The translations under genes were made by a program, and so were the position numbers. A stretch of DNA of 63,155 nt, counting the filler, from Asterionella formosa (lineage: Eukaryota): NCBI GenBank assembly GCA_002256025.1. It is 16 parts of 16 records of this genome, joined end to end, with 100 filler letters (N's around TTAATTAATTAA, not from the genome) between each part and the next. Parts side by side here need not be neighbours in the genome. Positions count along the whole stretch, not along the records: positions 6,335 to 37,852 come from NKIB01000638.1; positions 37,953 to 39,962 come from NKIB01000639.1; positions 40,063 to 42,072 come from NKIB01000640.1; positions 42,173 to 44,181 come from NKIB01000641.1; positions 44,282 to 46,290 come from NKIB01000642.1; 11 more parts are not named here. The stretch is one strand, 5' to 3'. The notes below the pieces were generated by a model. That model saw nothing but the letters and a program-made list of their open reading frames with translations, was not told where the DNA came from and made no database searches. The stretch's first letter is position 1. Every line of letters begins with the position of its first letter. Below, piece by piece: positions 34,143-44,912 of the stretch.

Positions 34143-37100
34143 ATATCATCTAAGCCGCGAAATACGTCACTTTTTGAAATTTCATTTACGTAAGAGTGTT
34201 AATGATGGAGTACTTGACATGAATTAATGCCACTCTTCCCGTTAAAAAGGTTACTTTTAACGGTTTCATGTGAAGTTTTAACGGTTTTATGTGAAGTTCT
34301 CACAATGAATTTTGAACTCGAGACTGAATTAGTTGATGTTTCAAATAATTCATTTCAAAGTTCAACTTATATCCTGCTCTCGTGGCTAATTCATTTACTA
34401 CACGCATCTTTATTTGTGAAATAGTAAGGATATTTGTAGTGTCTTATTTCATGCATGGACAATCTACAGTTTATATTTGTGCACTTCACATAAACAATAT
34501 GAACTATTATAGTGAACAAGACTTCTCTTCGAGGTTGTCATGTGATGGTTCAGAATCATACAGTGATTTCCAAGACAAAACTAGTTGATGTTAGCTACAA
34601 CTACATATTTTAAAAGTTCAAGATAAAATTGTTTTAGAGGATAAATCATTGCGAAATGCAACTCAAGTAACGTATGGTACATATGCCGAGAAGGTATGAA
34701 TCGGCCAAGAAATGACAGTGAAAAGAGTTTTCGCCATCCTCGTGCACCAAATTGACGCAACCATAAACATCGCCGCTGTAGGCTGAAGTAAGTGCGCATT
34801 GTCAATGTAAAATTCTTGGCAAATTGAACTCGCACTACACCAAAGCAACGCCGACTCAAGAGAGCTTCCTTCAGCGCTTATCAGAAGCACTCATGCGATG
34901 ATAGCTAACCAAGTTAAGTACTGGTACAAGCACCCCGAGTGCTTGTTGTTGTCTTGCGCTGTGTCGTGGCTCAGTTGTTCTAACCCCTTGGCGCTTTGTT
35001 CCCTCAAATACTCCATCCGTACTCGCAATTGGTAGATTGATTATCACAGCGAGGATTGCAGTCATCAGACGCACGCGTAGTCAAAGTGGCCCTGCTGCAG
35101 AATTCAAATCTTTCCATTCCCAAACCAGGTTACAACAACTTGGGCAACAAAGGTATGTTTTAATATGTTGGCTGTCGAGATTTCAGCACACCGCGCTTTG
35201 GGATCATTGGATCTTGGATTCCACCAATTCGGCGATGATGGGATTAGATCATAGGCACGTGCTTTGTTTGGATCTGCCTTGCATATGCTCTACTTGGCAG
35301 GGAATCACATGCGGGAAAAAGGAGCCATGGCGTTGGCTGATGGGATCAGGAGAGGGTGCGCTGTGACCAAACTGTATTTTACTGGAAACCGATTAGGGCC
35401 AGATGGAGTGATTTCAGTAACAGAAGCCATTCTAGAAGATGAACTGAGAAGGAGAAAAACGTCATATGGAGTCAATGACACTCAAGGGAGCGATCCAAGA
35501 GCTCTTTTTACGCGGAGCAAGCATGGGACCGATGGGTTGACATGCAGTTGCTACAATGCTCTGAATGTACAAATCACACAGAATTGAGGAAGACACAACA
35601 GATTAAAATTTCATCATGCGGTTGAATTGGTTAACTCATCAGTTGATTGTTTTCAATATAAAATCAAGGCGTATTTCTTTACTATAGTACGACGAGGCTA
35701 ATGGTAGATCATTCAGTGCATGTGCAATTAGGAGTAGTAACTATTGGCTGTGTCCTCTCCCTCTTGTCATATTTGTTCAAGTCACACTTGTAGCCTCATA
35801 AATTTTTACCGACGAAATTGTTCTTAGCAAGACTGCGCCAGATTTTTTCGTGTAGATTGTAGGTTCTGTTGGTACAAAGAGGAATTCATGGCTGCGCCAG
35901 GATTTTTGACCATCTGAATTCATAAAAACACCAACATTCAACACCACTGTGAACAATTTATTTTCAACATGGGGACGACCCTTACAACTAGCATCCCCCT
36001 TCCAGATTTTCAGCTGCCTTACTACAAACAAATCTTTTATCAGCTCACATATGGTTTGTTGCATCAAAAACAAAAGGTGGAATGATGCAACAATGAGAAG
36101 GTCCGCAATGGATGCTTTTAAGGTAAGATTTTTTGTTTGCTATTTTTGCTATCATATCACCAAGCGAGTGATAATTCATAATGATATGCTGCTGTTCTCA
36201 ACATTCATTTGACATTTGAACAGGCCTTTTCAGAAAATAGGTGTTATTTTGAAAGCAGGAGTGATAGAAGGTGAAATGATGCAATATGGAGACCCGCAAT
36301 GGAAGATTTTACTAAGGTAAGCTTAATCCTCAGTTTTTGTCAGCACATCAGCAAAGCGAGCGATAAATCACATGGTTCTATTATTTTTCTCTATATTTAT
36401 TTTACATTTTAGCCGTCCATTTCACAACAGGAGCATTATTTTGAATGCATCAGTGAGTTGCGGTGCTGCCTGGTGGCTGGCTAATGCCGGTGTCTTGCTG
36501 TCGATTTGACTGCTCCGTGAAACAGTGAAATAGCACATGTGTGTGTTGCTTTCTGCTGTTGCTAGTTCTATTAAATGAATTACTGACACACTGTTCTTTT
36601 GTAAATCTTTGCAGGTCGATGAAGAAGTCATTTCAAGGACAAGGAGGAAGCCAGTGTGATACATTCCTGTTGCGATTTCGCACCATGATGCCTTTTCAAG
36701 AATGAATAATTTTTTCATTCACAATGAACAGTTTCTGTTTGTCTTGCATTGTCCTTACAGACGTCTCATGATGCCTGCCTTCTCAAGACTGAAGATGCCA
36801 TTCTGAAAGAACTGCTTTGTTTGATTGCAAATCGAGATTTGTTTCCCATGTAATGTGAAATACCGGCAGTTGAATTAGAAATCAACATATTTGATTGTAC
36901 TTTTAAATTACGTAAACAAATTTAATACATTACATGAACTATATTATAGAATTACGTGAACAAAATTATAAGGCAACGTGAACTAAATTACAGAATTAAG
37001 TGAAGTATTTCAAATAATTACGTGAATTATTTCAAATAATTATGTGAAGGTGATCACGTAATATAGTGATGATCAGGAATGCATGCATAATACTCTGATC

Positions 37101-37248
37101 AAATAATTAACGTGATGTATTCAAATAATATATAGATATATTCAAGTAAGCATTTTGATGTATTCAACTTATTCATGTGATCTATTCAAAATCAACTAGG
37201 CTTATTTACTTGATGGTCACTTCACGTAATACACGGCTTAGATGATAT
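34143..37248. mobile_element. Non-autonomous TIR DNA transposon (~3.1 kb) with subterminal repeats
   Basis: Perfect 15-bp inverted repeat ATATCATCTAAGCCG (34143-34157 and 37234-37248), extending imperfectly to ~27 bp. Subterminal ACGTGAA/TTCAAATAAT repeats at 36900-37200 and TTTTAACGGTTT..TGTGAAG twice near 34255-34300. Confidence 0.65.
35032..35587 (+). pseudogene. RNI-like LRR gene fragment with stops and a frameshift
   Basis: LSQRGLQSSDA..LLQNSNLS..GYNNLGNKG, then LGSLDLGFHQFGDDGIRS*ARAL, then LHMLYLAGNHMREKGAMALADG and VTKLYFTGNRLGPDG. Confidence 0.8.
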
Positions 37249-37952
37249 ATTATGTGATGCATCACATTTAATATGTGACGTCATACCCTTAAATTATGTA
37301 CATAGCCAAATTCATCATATTGAGCCACCCAAATAATTAATTTGGTTGATCATATATGACTAGCGGTTTTTTCTTGCGGCTGTACCAATTATCGGTGTTT
37401 TAGATGTATCAATGCCAGGAAGCGCCATGTAGGCTACCTTAGCTACTAACACTTGAGTAGTCTTGCAGCGCTTCATAAATGAGATTAGCAAAATTATGGA
37501 GAGGCTTAGAGAAAACGATATTCATTATGTACACAATGGTATTGGCGAATGTGTGCATGTGCTGAATCTGTGATCACAAATTTTGTTGTCAAATATACTG
37601 ATGAAGGGGATGAGGCAGATGACAGCACAATTGATGAAGGCAATATTATGGCAGAAATTAGTAATAAATTTGTGTCCAATAAAGCTTTCTATAACCTCAA
37701 GAGATGCATTGCTTGGTTTAATAAACAGCACTGATGTATGTTAAAGAAAAGGATTTATTTGAGCAGGAGCTCCCATTGCTTGGCTGAAATGTCAAGAGTC
37801 TTTTTATTACACATAAAATCATATGTTTTCAACCTTTCTGCCTTTTATGTACNNNNNNNNNNNNNNNNNNNNNNNNNNNNNNNNNNNNNNNNNNNNTTAA
37901 TTAATTAANNNNNNNNNNNNNNNNNNNNNNNNNNNNNNNNNNNNNNNNNNNN

Positions 37953-39962
37953 CCGAGGACCACAATGCGAGATTTGGCACGGACTGGGTGACCAAGTTCA
38001 TCACATTTGATGGTGAGAACAGTCATGGAGGGAATGACGGTGCACCCAAGGAGTGATAACTGAGAGGCATCAATTAAATGAAAGGTATCCTGGGCGACTA
38101 AAGAGTCGTATTCCTCCTGATAAGAGGCCAGCCATGTGAGACGATCAGGGGAAGTGGGGAGGAGGGCACGGTCAAGGGAAGAGGGACATTTATGAAGGAG
38201 GGAGGAGGCAGACACATGTTGACCATTCCCAAGGAGCACAACAGGGGGTCCGGAGGGGGGAACAGAGTTCCAGCCAGTGAACAGGGTCTCTTCATGGAGG
38301 CGTTGACGCCAGGTGTAAGGGAGATCAACTAAGCTAGTCTGGTGGATGATTTGGCCAGCAGAATTGCGGCGGACAAAGAGCCAGTCAAGGTCATCATCAA
38401 GATCCAAGGAACCGCGGACAAAGGTACCATCAAGGGCAAGGATCAGTTTGGTACCAACAACCATCCAAGGAGGGAGGAGGGGGGCAAGGGGATCCCCACT
38501 GGAATCATCGCGAGGAAGGTGGGAAAAATCAGGATTAAGAGCCTCATCAGGGGAGATAAGGTCGCCAAATGCGGCAGAAAGAGAGGCCCCCTCAAGGAGG
38601 TCAATGAGATAAAAATCATGTAGGGAGGTGGGGACAGAATTGACAATACCCTCAGAGACGTCACCAGCAGAATTGAGGCGGACAAAGACAACACTACCAG
38701 GAGGGTAGGCTTCGGAGGCAGAGGTGGTAGGATTGGTGTACAGGCGCAGGTGGAGGCCACCATCATACACAATAGTAGGAAAAGGGTCTGCAATAGCACG
38801 AGTGGAATCAAGAGTGTAATCAGCAGACACACAGAAGCGAGACAAGGTTGGATTCCAGAACAGCATGCCATTGGCGGTGTCAGCACGACCAAGTGCAATG
38901 CCTGTGAAGCTTTGACTCTCAAAGTGAGTGCGTGCACCCCGAAGGCCATCGCGAGGACGCCTATAGTAGCCAATGCAGCCAAAGGGGAAGAGGGTACGAA
39001 GGTCCGGTTTCACCCCATAGAAGAGTTCGAATGGAGTGGTGTAGGTCTTGGAAGACCCAAGGAGGCAGGGGACCATATTCATCCGAAGGGCAGCCTCACG
39101 GACAGCCCAAAACCAGAAGCGTTTGGGGAGACTGGCCTCAGCAAGGAATGAGCGAGCCATGGAGGTGGCAACACGCCAGTGGGATTCAACCAAACCATTC
39201 TGAGATTGACGGTAAGGGGGGGCAGCATTGACACGGATACCCTTCGACAGGAGCAGCTTATTGGTGGGCCCCCCCCAGAAACTTTTGATCAAAGTCACAT
39301 TGGAGGACACGGGGAAAACTGCCTGTATCAACAAAAAATCGCCAGAATGCATCAGAGATAGAGGAGCTAGTGAGGTCCTTAAGGCCATAACACCAGGTCT
39401 TGCGACTGAATTGGTCAACCAGGAGAAGGCAGTAGCGGTAACCACCAGGGCTGATGCCATCACCATAGCCAATATCAACACCAACACGCTGGAGGATGGA
39501 GGAAGGGCGAGGGAGGGGTAAGCCAGAGGGACCACGCTTCATGTTGACAACGTCGCCAACCGAGATGGGAGGCTCGAAATGTTCCGACAGGCAAATGCCA
39601 TTGGCCACTTTGGTAAAGATGGAATAATTACGAAATTTGCGGTTGCCAAAATGTTTGTGGAGATCATGGGAGGAAAAACGGCGAACCTGGGCACCAAAAG
39701 ACTCAGGGCGTTCACAAGTCATAATTGGAGGGGCAGGGGCAGCAGAAGGATCCAGGGGCAGGATAATCTTGGATGATTCTGAGGAGGGGAGCCGGAGAAG
39801 GGAGGGGTCCGAGGCGGGGTGTGAAGGAGGAACAACCCGATGGACAGGCCATGTGTGGTGGTGAAGGGCTGCACGTTTGAGTGCAAACCGAGCAATGGAG
39901 GGGGGATCGGAAAGGACTAGAACCGATGGGGACAAGGTATCATCAAAGGAGAAAGAGGAGGC
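37953..39962 (-). mobile_element. Ty1/copia (diatom CoDi-type) pol segment: integrase to start of RT; frameshifted copy
   Basis: DD(35)E core VGVDIGY, QCDFD and QNGLVE, plus the RT start WLASYQEEYDSL...RAKSRIVVL. C8 run at 39269-39276, versus C7 in the other copies, splits the ORF. Confidence 0.92.
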
Positions 39963-40481
39963 NNNNNNNNNNNNNNNNNNNNNNNNNNNNNNNNNNNNNN
40001 NNNNNNTTAATTAATTAANNNNNNNNNNNNNNNNNNNNNNNNNNNNNNNNNNNNNNNNNNNNGTTGCTCATATAGCCGTCAAAATAGCGCAGTAATCTTA
40101 CCAGAACAACTTCCATTCCGGACCTCATTGTCCCTGCCTGTTGTCAACAACAATGCGTGAGCTGACAAGCCATACTAGCATTTTTCGCCAACTATTCCGT
40201 TGTTTGATTGGTTTTATGGTCCTATGCAGTTACAGAAACAATGAGAAGGAATGATTTGTTAGCTAGTAGTCATGTTACATTGAAACAACGACACGCAATT
40301 CCATCGTATCCTCTTGCTTCACTTACCACAAATCAATGCAACTGAGGATGCATAAGTCTGTTATAGTAACTTTTCAGTAAGCCAAATTCTTGAATAAGTA
40401 AGTTTCGGGTATCCAATGTTGTCGAATAAAACTTACCGGTTCATTTTTGTCATCTTCACTTTGAGAGAAGGTAAACGTTTT

Positions 40482-40671
40482 GTCAGCTTTGTTCCAACAG
40501 AAGTGAATAGGTCCAACGAGCGACAAGAGCACTTACGCAATTTGGTTCGGTTTTGTTTTACATTGGTGCTCCCCAAGTCAGCTTTGTTCCAACAGAAGTG
40601 AATAGGTCCAACGAGCGACAAGAGCACTTACGCAATTTGGTTCGGTTTTGTTTTACATTGGTGCTCCCCAA
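40482..40671. repeat. Perfect 95-bp tandem duplication
   Basis: GTCAGCTTTGTTCC...GGTGCTCCCCAA occurs at 40482-40576 and 40577-40671. Confidence 0.95.
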
Positions 40672-41408
40672 CAAGCGAAACGAGCTGTTGAATCAACTGA
40701 GAAAAAAGGAAATGTGGCTGCGTTTAGTTAACAATTTGATGTTGTGCTGCCTGTCTCCCAACGATTGTCATCCTAGTACCACATTGATGGCTTCATTACC
40801 TTAAACATTCTCCATCCTTCGAAGGCACAATGTGTCGAAGTCACAATGTTTTTTTCGTTATGTATTGCGTAAACTTACTTTGCTTTTCATGTGATTTACT
40901 ACGACATATCTTTTCATGAAGCAGCAGGCATTGTTTGTTAACATGACAGAACGATTTCAAAAATAAATATGCCATGAATACAGTAATAGAATTTGTAAAT
41001 ATATGTATATATATATATTAAGTAATATACATTTATAAAATTCAAAGGCGCTCTCGATATGGAACATCTGATATGGTTGAGATGGCCATACTCGCATATA
41101 CATAATTCGAAAATACTCAATGCACTATATGTCCATTGTTTTCCACAACTACGTGTACCGGAATTGTTTCTGAAATTTGTTTGCATCGATATTTTCTACG
41201 TCCGTTGAAACTAATTATTTAGACCGTTCAAATGCCGCAAGGGTTTTGGTAGCAAATTGTTTAATCCCCTTTTTTGGGCGGGAGCTCTTCATGTGTACCG
41301 GTACATCATATGACAATAACAATGTATCATTTATACATACAGAGTACCAGTAGCAGGTAGTAACTGATATACTGGGGGTAGTCGGAGTAGTACCGGTAAA
41401 CTAGCAAC

Positions 41409-41723
41409 AGAACACCATATGTTCAGGACTGTTGCTACTGCAGTGGGACAGTAAATCATCATAGTTTTAGGATTGTATGATCGTAAAATTATGATCCAAA
41501 AGAACACCATATGTTCATGACTGTTGCTATTGCAGCGGGACAGTAAATCATCATAATTTTAGGATTGTATGATCGTAAAACTAAAAACCAATGGAATACC
41601 ATATATTCAGGACTGTTGCTACTACCGTGGGACAATAAATCATCATAGTTCTAGGATTTTATGATCGTAAAACTAAAAACCAATAGTCGGAGTAATAAGC
41701 GAGCAACAGAACACCATATGTTC
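41409..41723. repeat. 92-bp minisatellite, 3 diverged copies plus a partial fourth
   Basis: Units start at 41409, 41501 and 41593 (AGAACACCATATGTTCAGGACTGTTGCTA...GTAAATCATCATA...GATCGTAAAA). Confidence 0.92.
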
Positions 41724-42287
41724 TGGCATACCTACCCGGTAGTTATCATAAAATTGCTTTTATGAATTTAACTGGCGCGATAATTAGCCATGCTGACGAG
41801 TTACTACCGGTACCAGGTAGAACGTCTACATCTTTTATCAGCACCTACAGTTATGGTGGTACAATGTTTTTCCCTATTATTTTCTGTCGCAGCTTGTAGA
41901 GAGGCTGTGAAAGTCAAAGCGCTGCCCCCCGCCCCCCCCCTCTATTATACCGGAAAATTTTGGTACATCACCCATTATCGTGCGTTGCAACGGCCCACGA
42001 CAGGGTGGCTGTGGTTATGGAGCAGGGGGTAGAACGCCACAACATGACGAAGTCCCAAGGATCATGAATGGGNNNNNNNNNNNNNNNNNNNNNNNNNNNN
42101 NNNNNNNNNNNNNNNNTTAATTAATTAANNNNNNNNNNNNNNNNNNNNNNNNNNNNNNNNNNNNNNNNNNNNGTTTGTCATCATTCAAGTGTTGTTGTAA
42201 AAGAAGCCAGTATTACTGCCAGGGTTACTAAGCCATGGATGAAAAGTGTTGCACCTGCCATCGGATACGCTTTGCTCCTTCTGAAAA

Positions 42288-42632
42288 TTGCAGCTGCTGA
42301 GCAGTCGATATGTACTTAGTCATTATCGGCGATGTAAAGATGCACGCTGTCCAGCATGTGGTCCCGTTCGAGAAACAATTCGAAAAAGCCAAGAAAAGGA
42401 GTCAAGTCGCGACGGTCAAAATGCCGGTACATCATTTCAGTCTTCAGGTGTGGACCCCTTTGCTGCCATGTCCGATATGACGGATGACCCTACTATTCTG
42501 CTATCGAGCTCTGGTGCTTCACCTGATCTCCAGCCTGAACTGAAAAAAGCCAAGATAGAAATCAGCCCTTCAATCTCAATCAATTTGACGCGCCACCAGC
42601 AACCAGTAACATCACGTCTTCTGCTCCCTTAA
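42288..42632 (+). pseudogene. CBP/p300-like TAZ zinc-finger fragment
   Basis: SSRYVLSHYRRCKDARCPACGPVRETIRK matches the C-terminal part of a TAZ finger. No upstream exon or downstream HAT domain. Confidence 0.7.
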
Positions 42633-42649
42633 CTACTAGTAGCATTGGG

Positions 42650-42808
42650 ATGTCAAGCTACGACCAGCAAATAGCTGCAGCAGGAGGTATCACTACGATT
42701 CTGTCTGCAATGAAGACTGATTCCTCCAATGCTACTGTGCAAGAGCATGGTTTTGGAGCACTTCAGAACTTGGCTTTGAATATCAACAACCAGGTGACAA
42801 TCAGTTGA
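42650..42808 (+). pseudogene. Single armadillo-repeat fragment
   Basis: Manual translation QIAAAGGITTILSAMKTDSSNATVQEHGFGALQNLALNINNQVTIS* matches the ARM consensus (GGI..I..AM.....VQ..GC.AL.NLA). Confidence 0.75.
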
Positions 42809-43930
42809 CTGGTGCACTTCCGACAGAAATTGGGAATTTGAAAAATGCTATATTTTTTGCTGTAGAATCAAACAATTTCAATGGAACACTTCTTACAGAG
42901 ATTAGATTCTTGACAAGTCTGACACTTTTGCATCTACTAGAAAATCACTTGACTGGTGAACTTCCGACAGAAATGGGCAAGTTGACAAGCCTTATGGAAT
43001 TATCCGCTTACAGCAACCTGTTAAATGGAACACTTCCTGCAGAAATTGGACTCTTGACAAGTCTAACAACATTGTATCTAGATGATAATCAGCTGACTGG
43101 TGTACTTCCTACAGAAATTGTCAATTTGACAAGTCTCAGAAGATTTGAAGCCTACAGCAACCATTTCAATGGCACCCTTCCTACAGAGATTGGACTCTTG
43201 ACAAGTCTAACCAGCTTGTCTATTAATGCTAATAACTTGACTGGCACTATGCCTACAGAGGTTGCATTCTTGACAAGCCTAACATTATTGTATCTATTTG
43301 AGAATCAGTTGACTGGTTCTTTTCCGACAGAAATTGGCAATTTGACAAGCCTCATAGAATTTGGAGCCTACAGCAACCATTTCAATGGTACACTTCCTAC
43401 AGAGATTGGATTCTTGACAAGTCTAACATTATTGTATCTATATGATAATCAGCTGACTGGTGAACTTCCTACAGAGGTTGGAAATTTGACAAACCTCATA
43501 GAATTTGCAGCCTACAGCAACCAGTTGAATGGAACGCTTCCAACAGAGATTGGATACTTGAAAAACCTGATGTTGTTGTATCTACAAGATAATCAGTTGA
43601 CTGGTGTACTTCCAGCAGAAATTGGCAATTTGACAATTCTCAATGATTTTGAGATTCATATCAATATGTTTACCGGGTTAATTCCCACAGAAATTGGTCT
43701 CATGTCTTCATTGAGTAAGTTTTGTTTATCTGAAACTTACATCTTGTGACCATTTGTTCTAATATTTCACTTTTTTGATAGCCATATTATCTCTTGACAA
43801 TAATAATTTTGCAGGGACAGTTCCAACAGAAGCATGTAATATTGCTACAATACAGGGCATTTTTGTTTGCCCACCACTGATTTGCAACTGCAGCAGGTCT
43901 TGTATAATTGACGTGACTTGTTCTGCTTAG
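42796..43930 (+). CDS. Extracellular-type 24-aa LRR protein with Cys-rich C-terminal cap, 5'-truncated; intron 43715-43781
   Basis: About 13 repeats of N.LTG.LPTEIG.LTSL..L.L. The GTAAGT...ATAG intron joins to TILSLDNNNFAGTVPTEAC...ICNCSRSC...CSA*. No in-frame ATG or signal peptide, so it may be a pseudogene. Confidence 0.85.
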
Positions 43931-44714
43931 ATCTCACCATTTCTTTTAATCAACTGTTATTGTTAGGGCAAAGGGACGACGCCTCTAGGCGTCATCCCTA
44001 TAGAGCATCCAGCCCTTCTAAGTATGACTAATCCTCTAGATGGAAACTGGTACCGGTATGAGAATGAATGTGTTAGTACCGGTTTTTTGTAGAAGTGCAC
44101 TGTGTTGTACTTACCAGAGTGATGGCCATGTAATAATGTTACACATTATTATTATGTTATGCATGTCGTATATAAAAAATTNNNNNNNNNNNNNNNNNNN
44201 NNNNNNNNNNNNNNNNNNNNNNNNNTTAATTAATTAANNNNNNNNNNNNNNNNNNNNNNNNNNNNNNNNNNNNNNNNNNNNAAAAGGTTTCTTATGCAAT
44301 CAGATCGCTTAACAAACAGCCAGCTGAGTGGACAGTAGTACTAGCACAAACAAAAACAATGGCAATGTGGTACTACAAGCAAGCAGGCGATCTTCCATGA
44401 TCAACAACAAAAGAACTTCTACTTACCAGAGTCCATGACACCATGATGCGTGGTGACGCTGCAGTACCATTTGCAATTGCTGTAATGGCCCCACTTCCTC
44501 AGCACCATTTGGTTGCTCCAATTACACAACAAGATATGATGGGAGGACCACAAGTCTAAGAATGATGCAACAACTGCTGAGAAAAAATACGAGGAGACAG
44601 AAACAACAAGAATACCATCAGTCGAAAAACAATGCAATAACTCCCCAAAAAATGTTATATTTTCTAACCGCCACCTATAAAAATATCTTAATGTATATTA
44701 AAATTTTAATCAAT

Positions 44715-44912
44715 GGCTTTGAGCCACTTCGACCGTTTTTGTCACTTTTTAAATGGATAGATCTCAGTTAATAAGTCTTCAAGTAAAGAAATGATTTAAT
44801 TCTCATGTAGCTTAATGAACTAACTAATCTCGTGCCGAAGGGGATAGAGGAGATCGATTTTAGCAATTTATTGAATTAGTCAGAAAACGATATAATAACG
44901 TGGCTCAAAGCC
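44715..44912. mobile_element. ~200-bp MITE with 13-bp TIR GGCTTTGAGCCAC flanked by AT
   Basis: AT-GGCTTTGAGCCAC at 44713-44727 and GTGGCTCAAAGCC-AT at 44900-44914. Confidence 0.6.

Noticed and set aside
37497..37734. hAT-like motif (ECVHVLNL) near the contig end
   Set aside because: One short motif followed immediately by a stop is too little to call.
39269..39276. Programmed ribosomal frameshift in copia pol
   Set aside because: Two sister copies have C7 and an open frame, and the site lies inside the integrase core.
41409..41723. CRISPR-like array
   Set aside because: The whole 92-bp unit is repeated, with no unique spacers.
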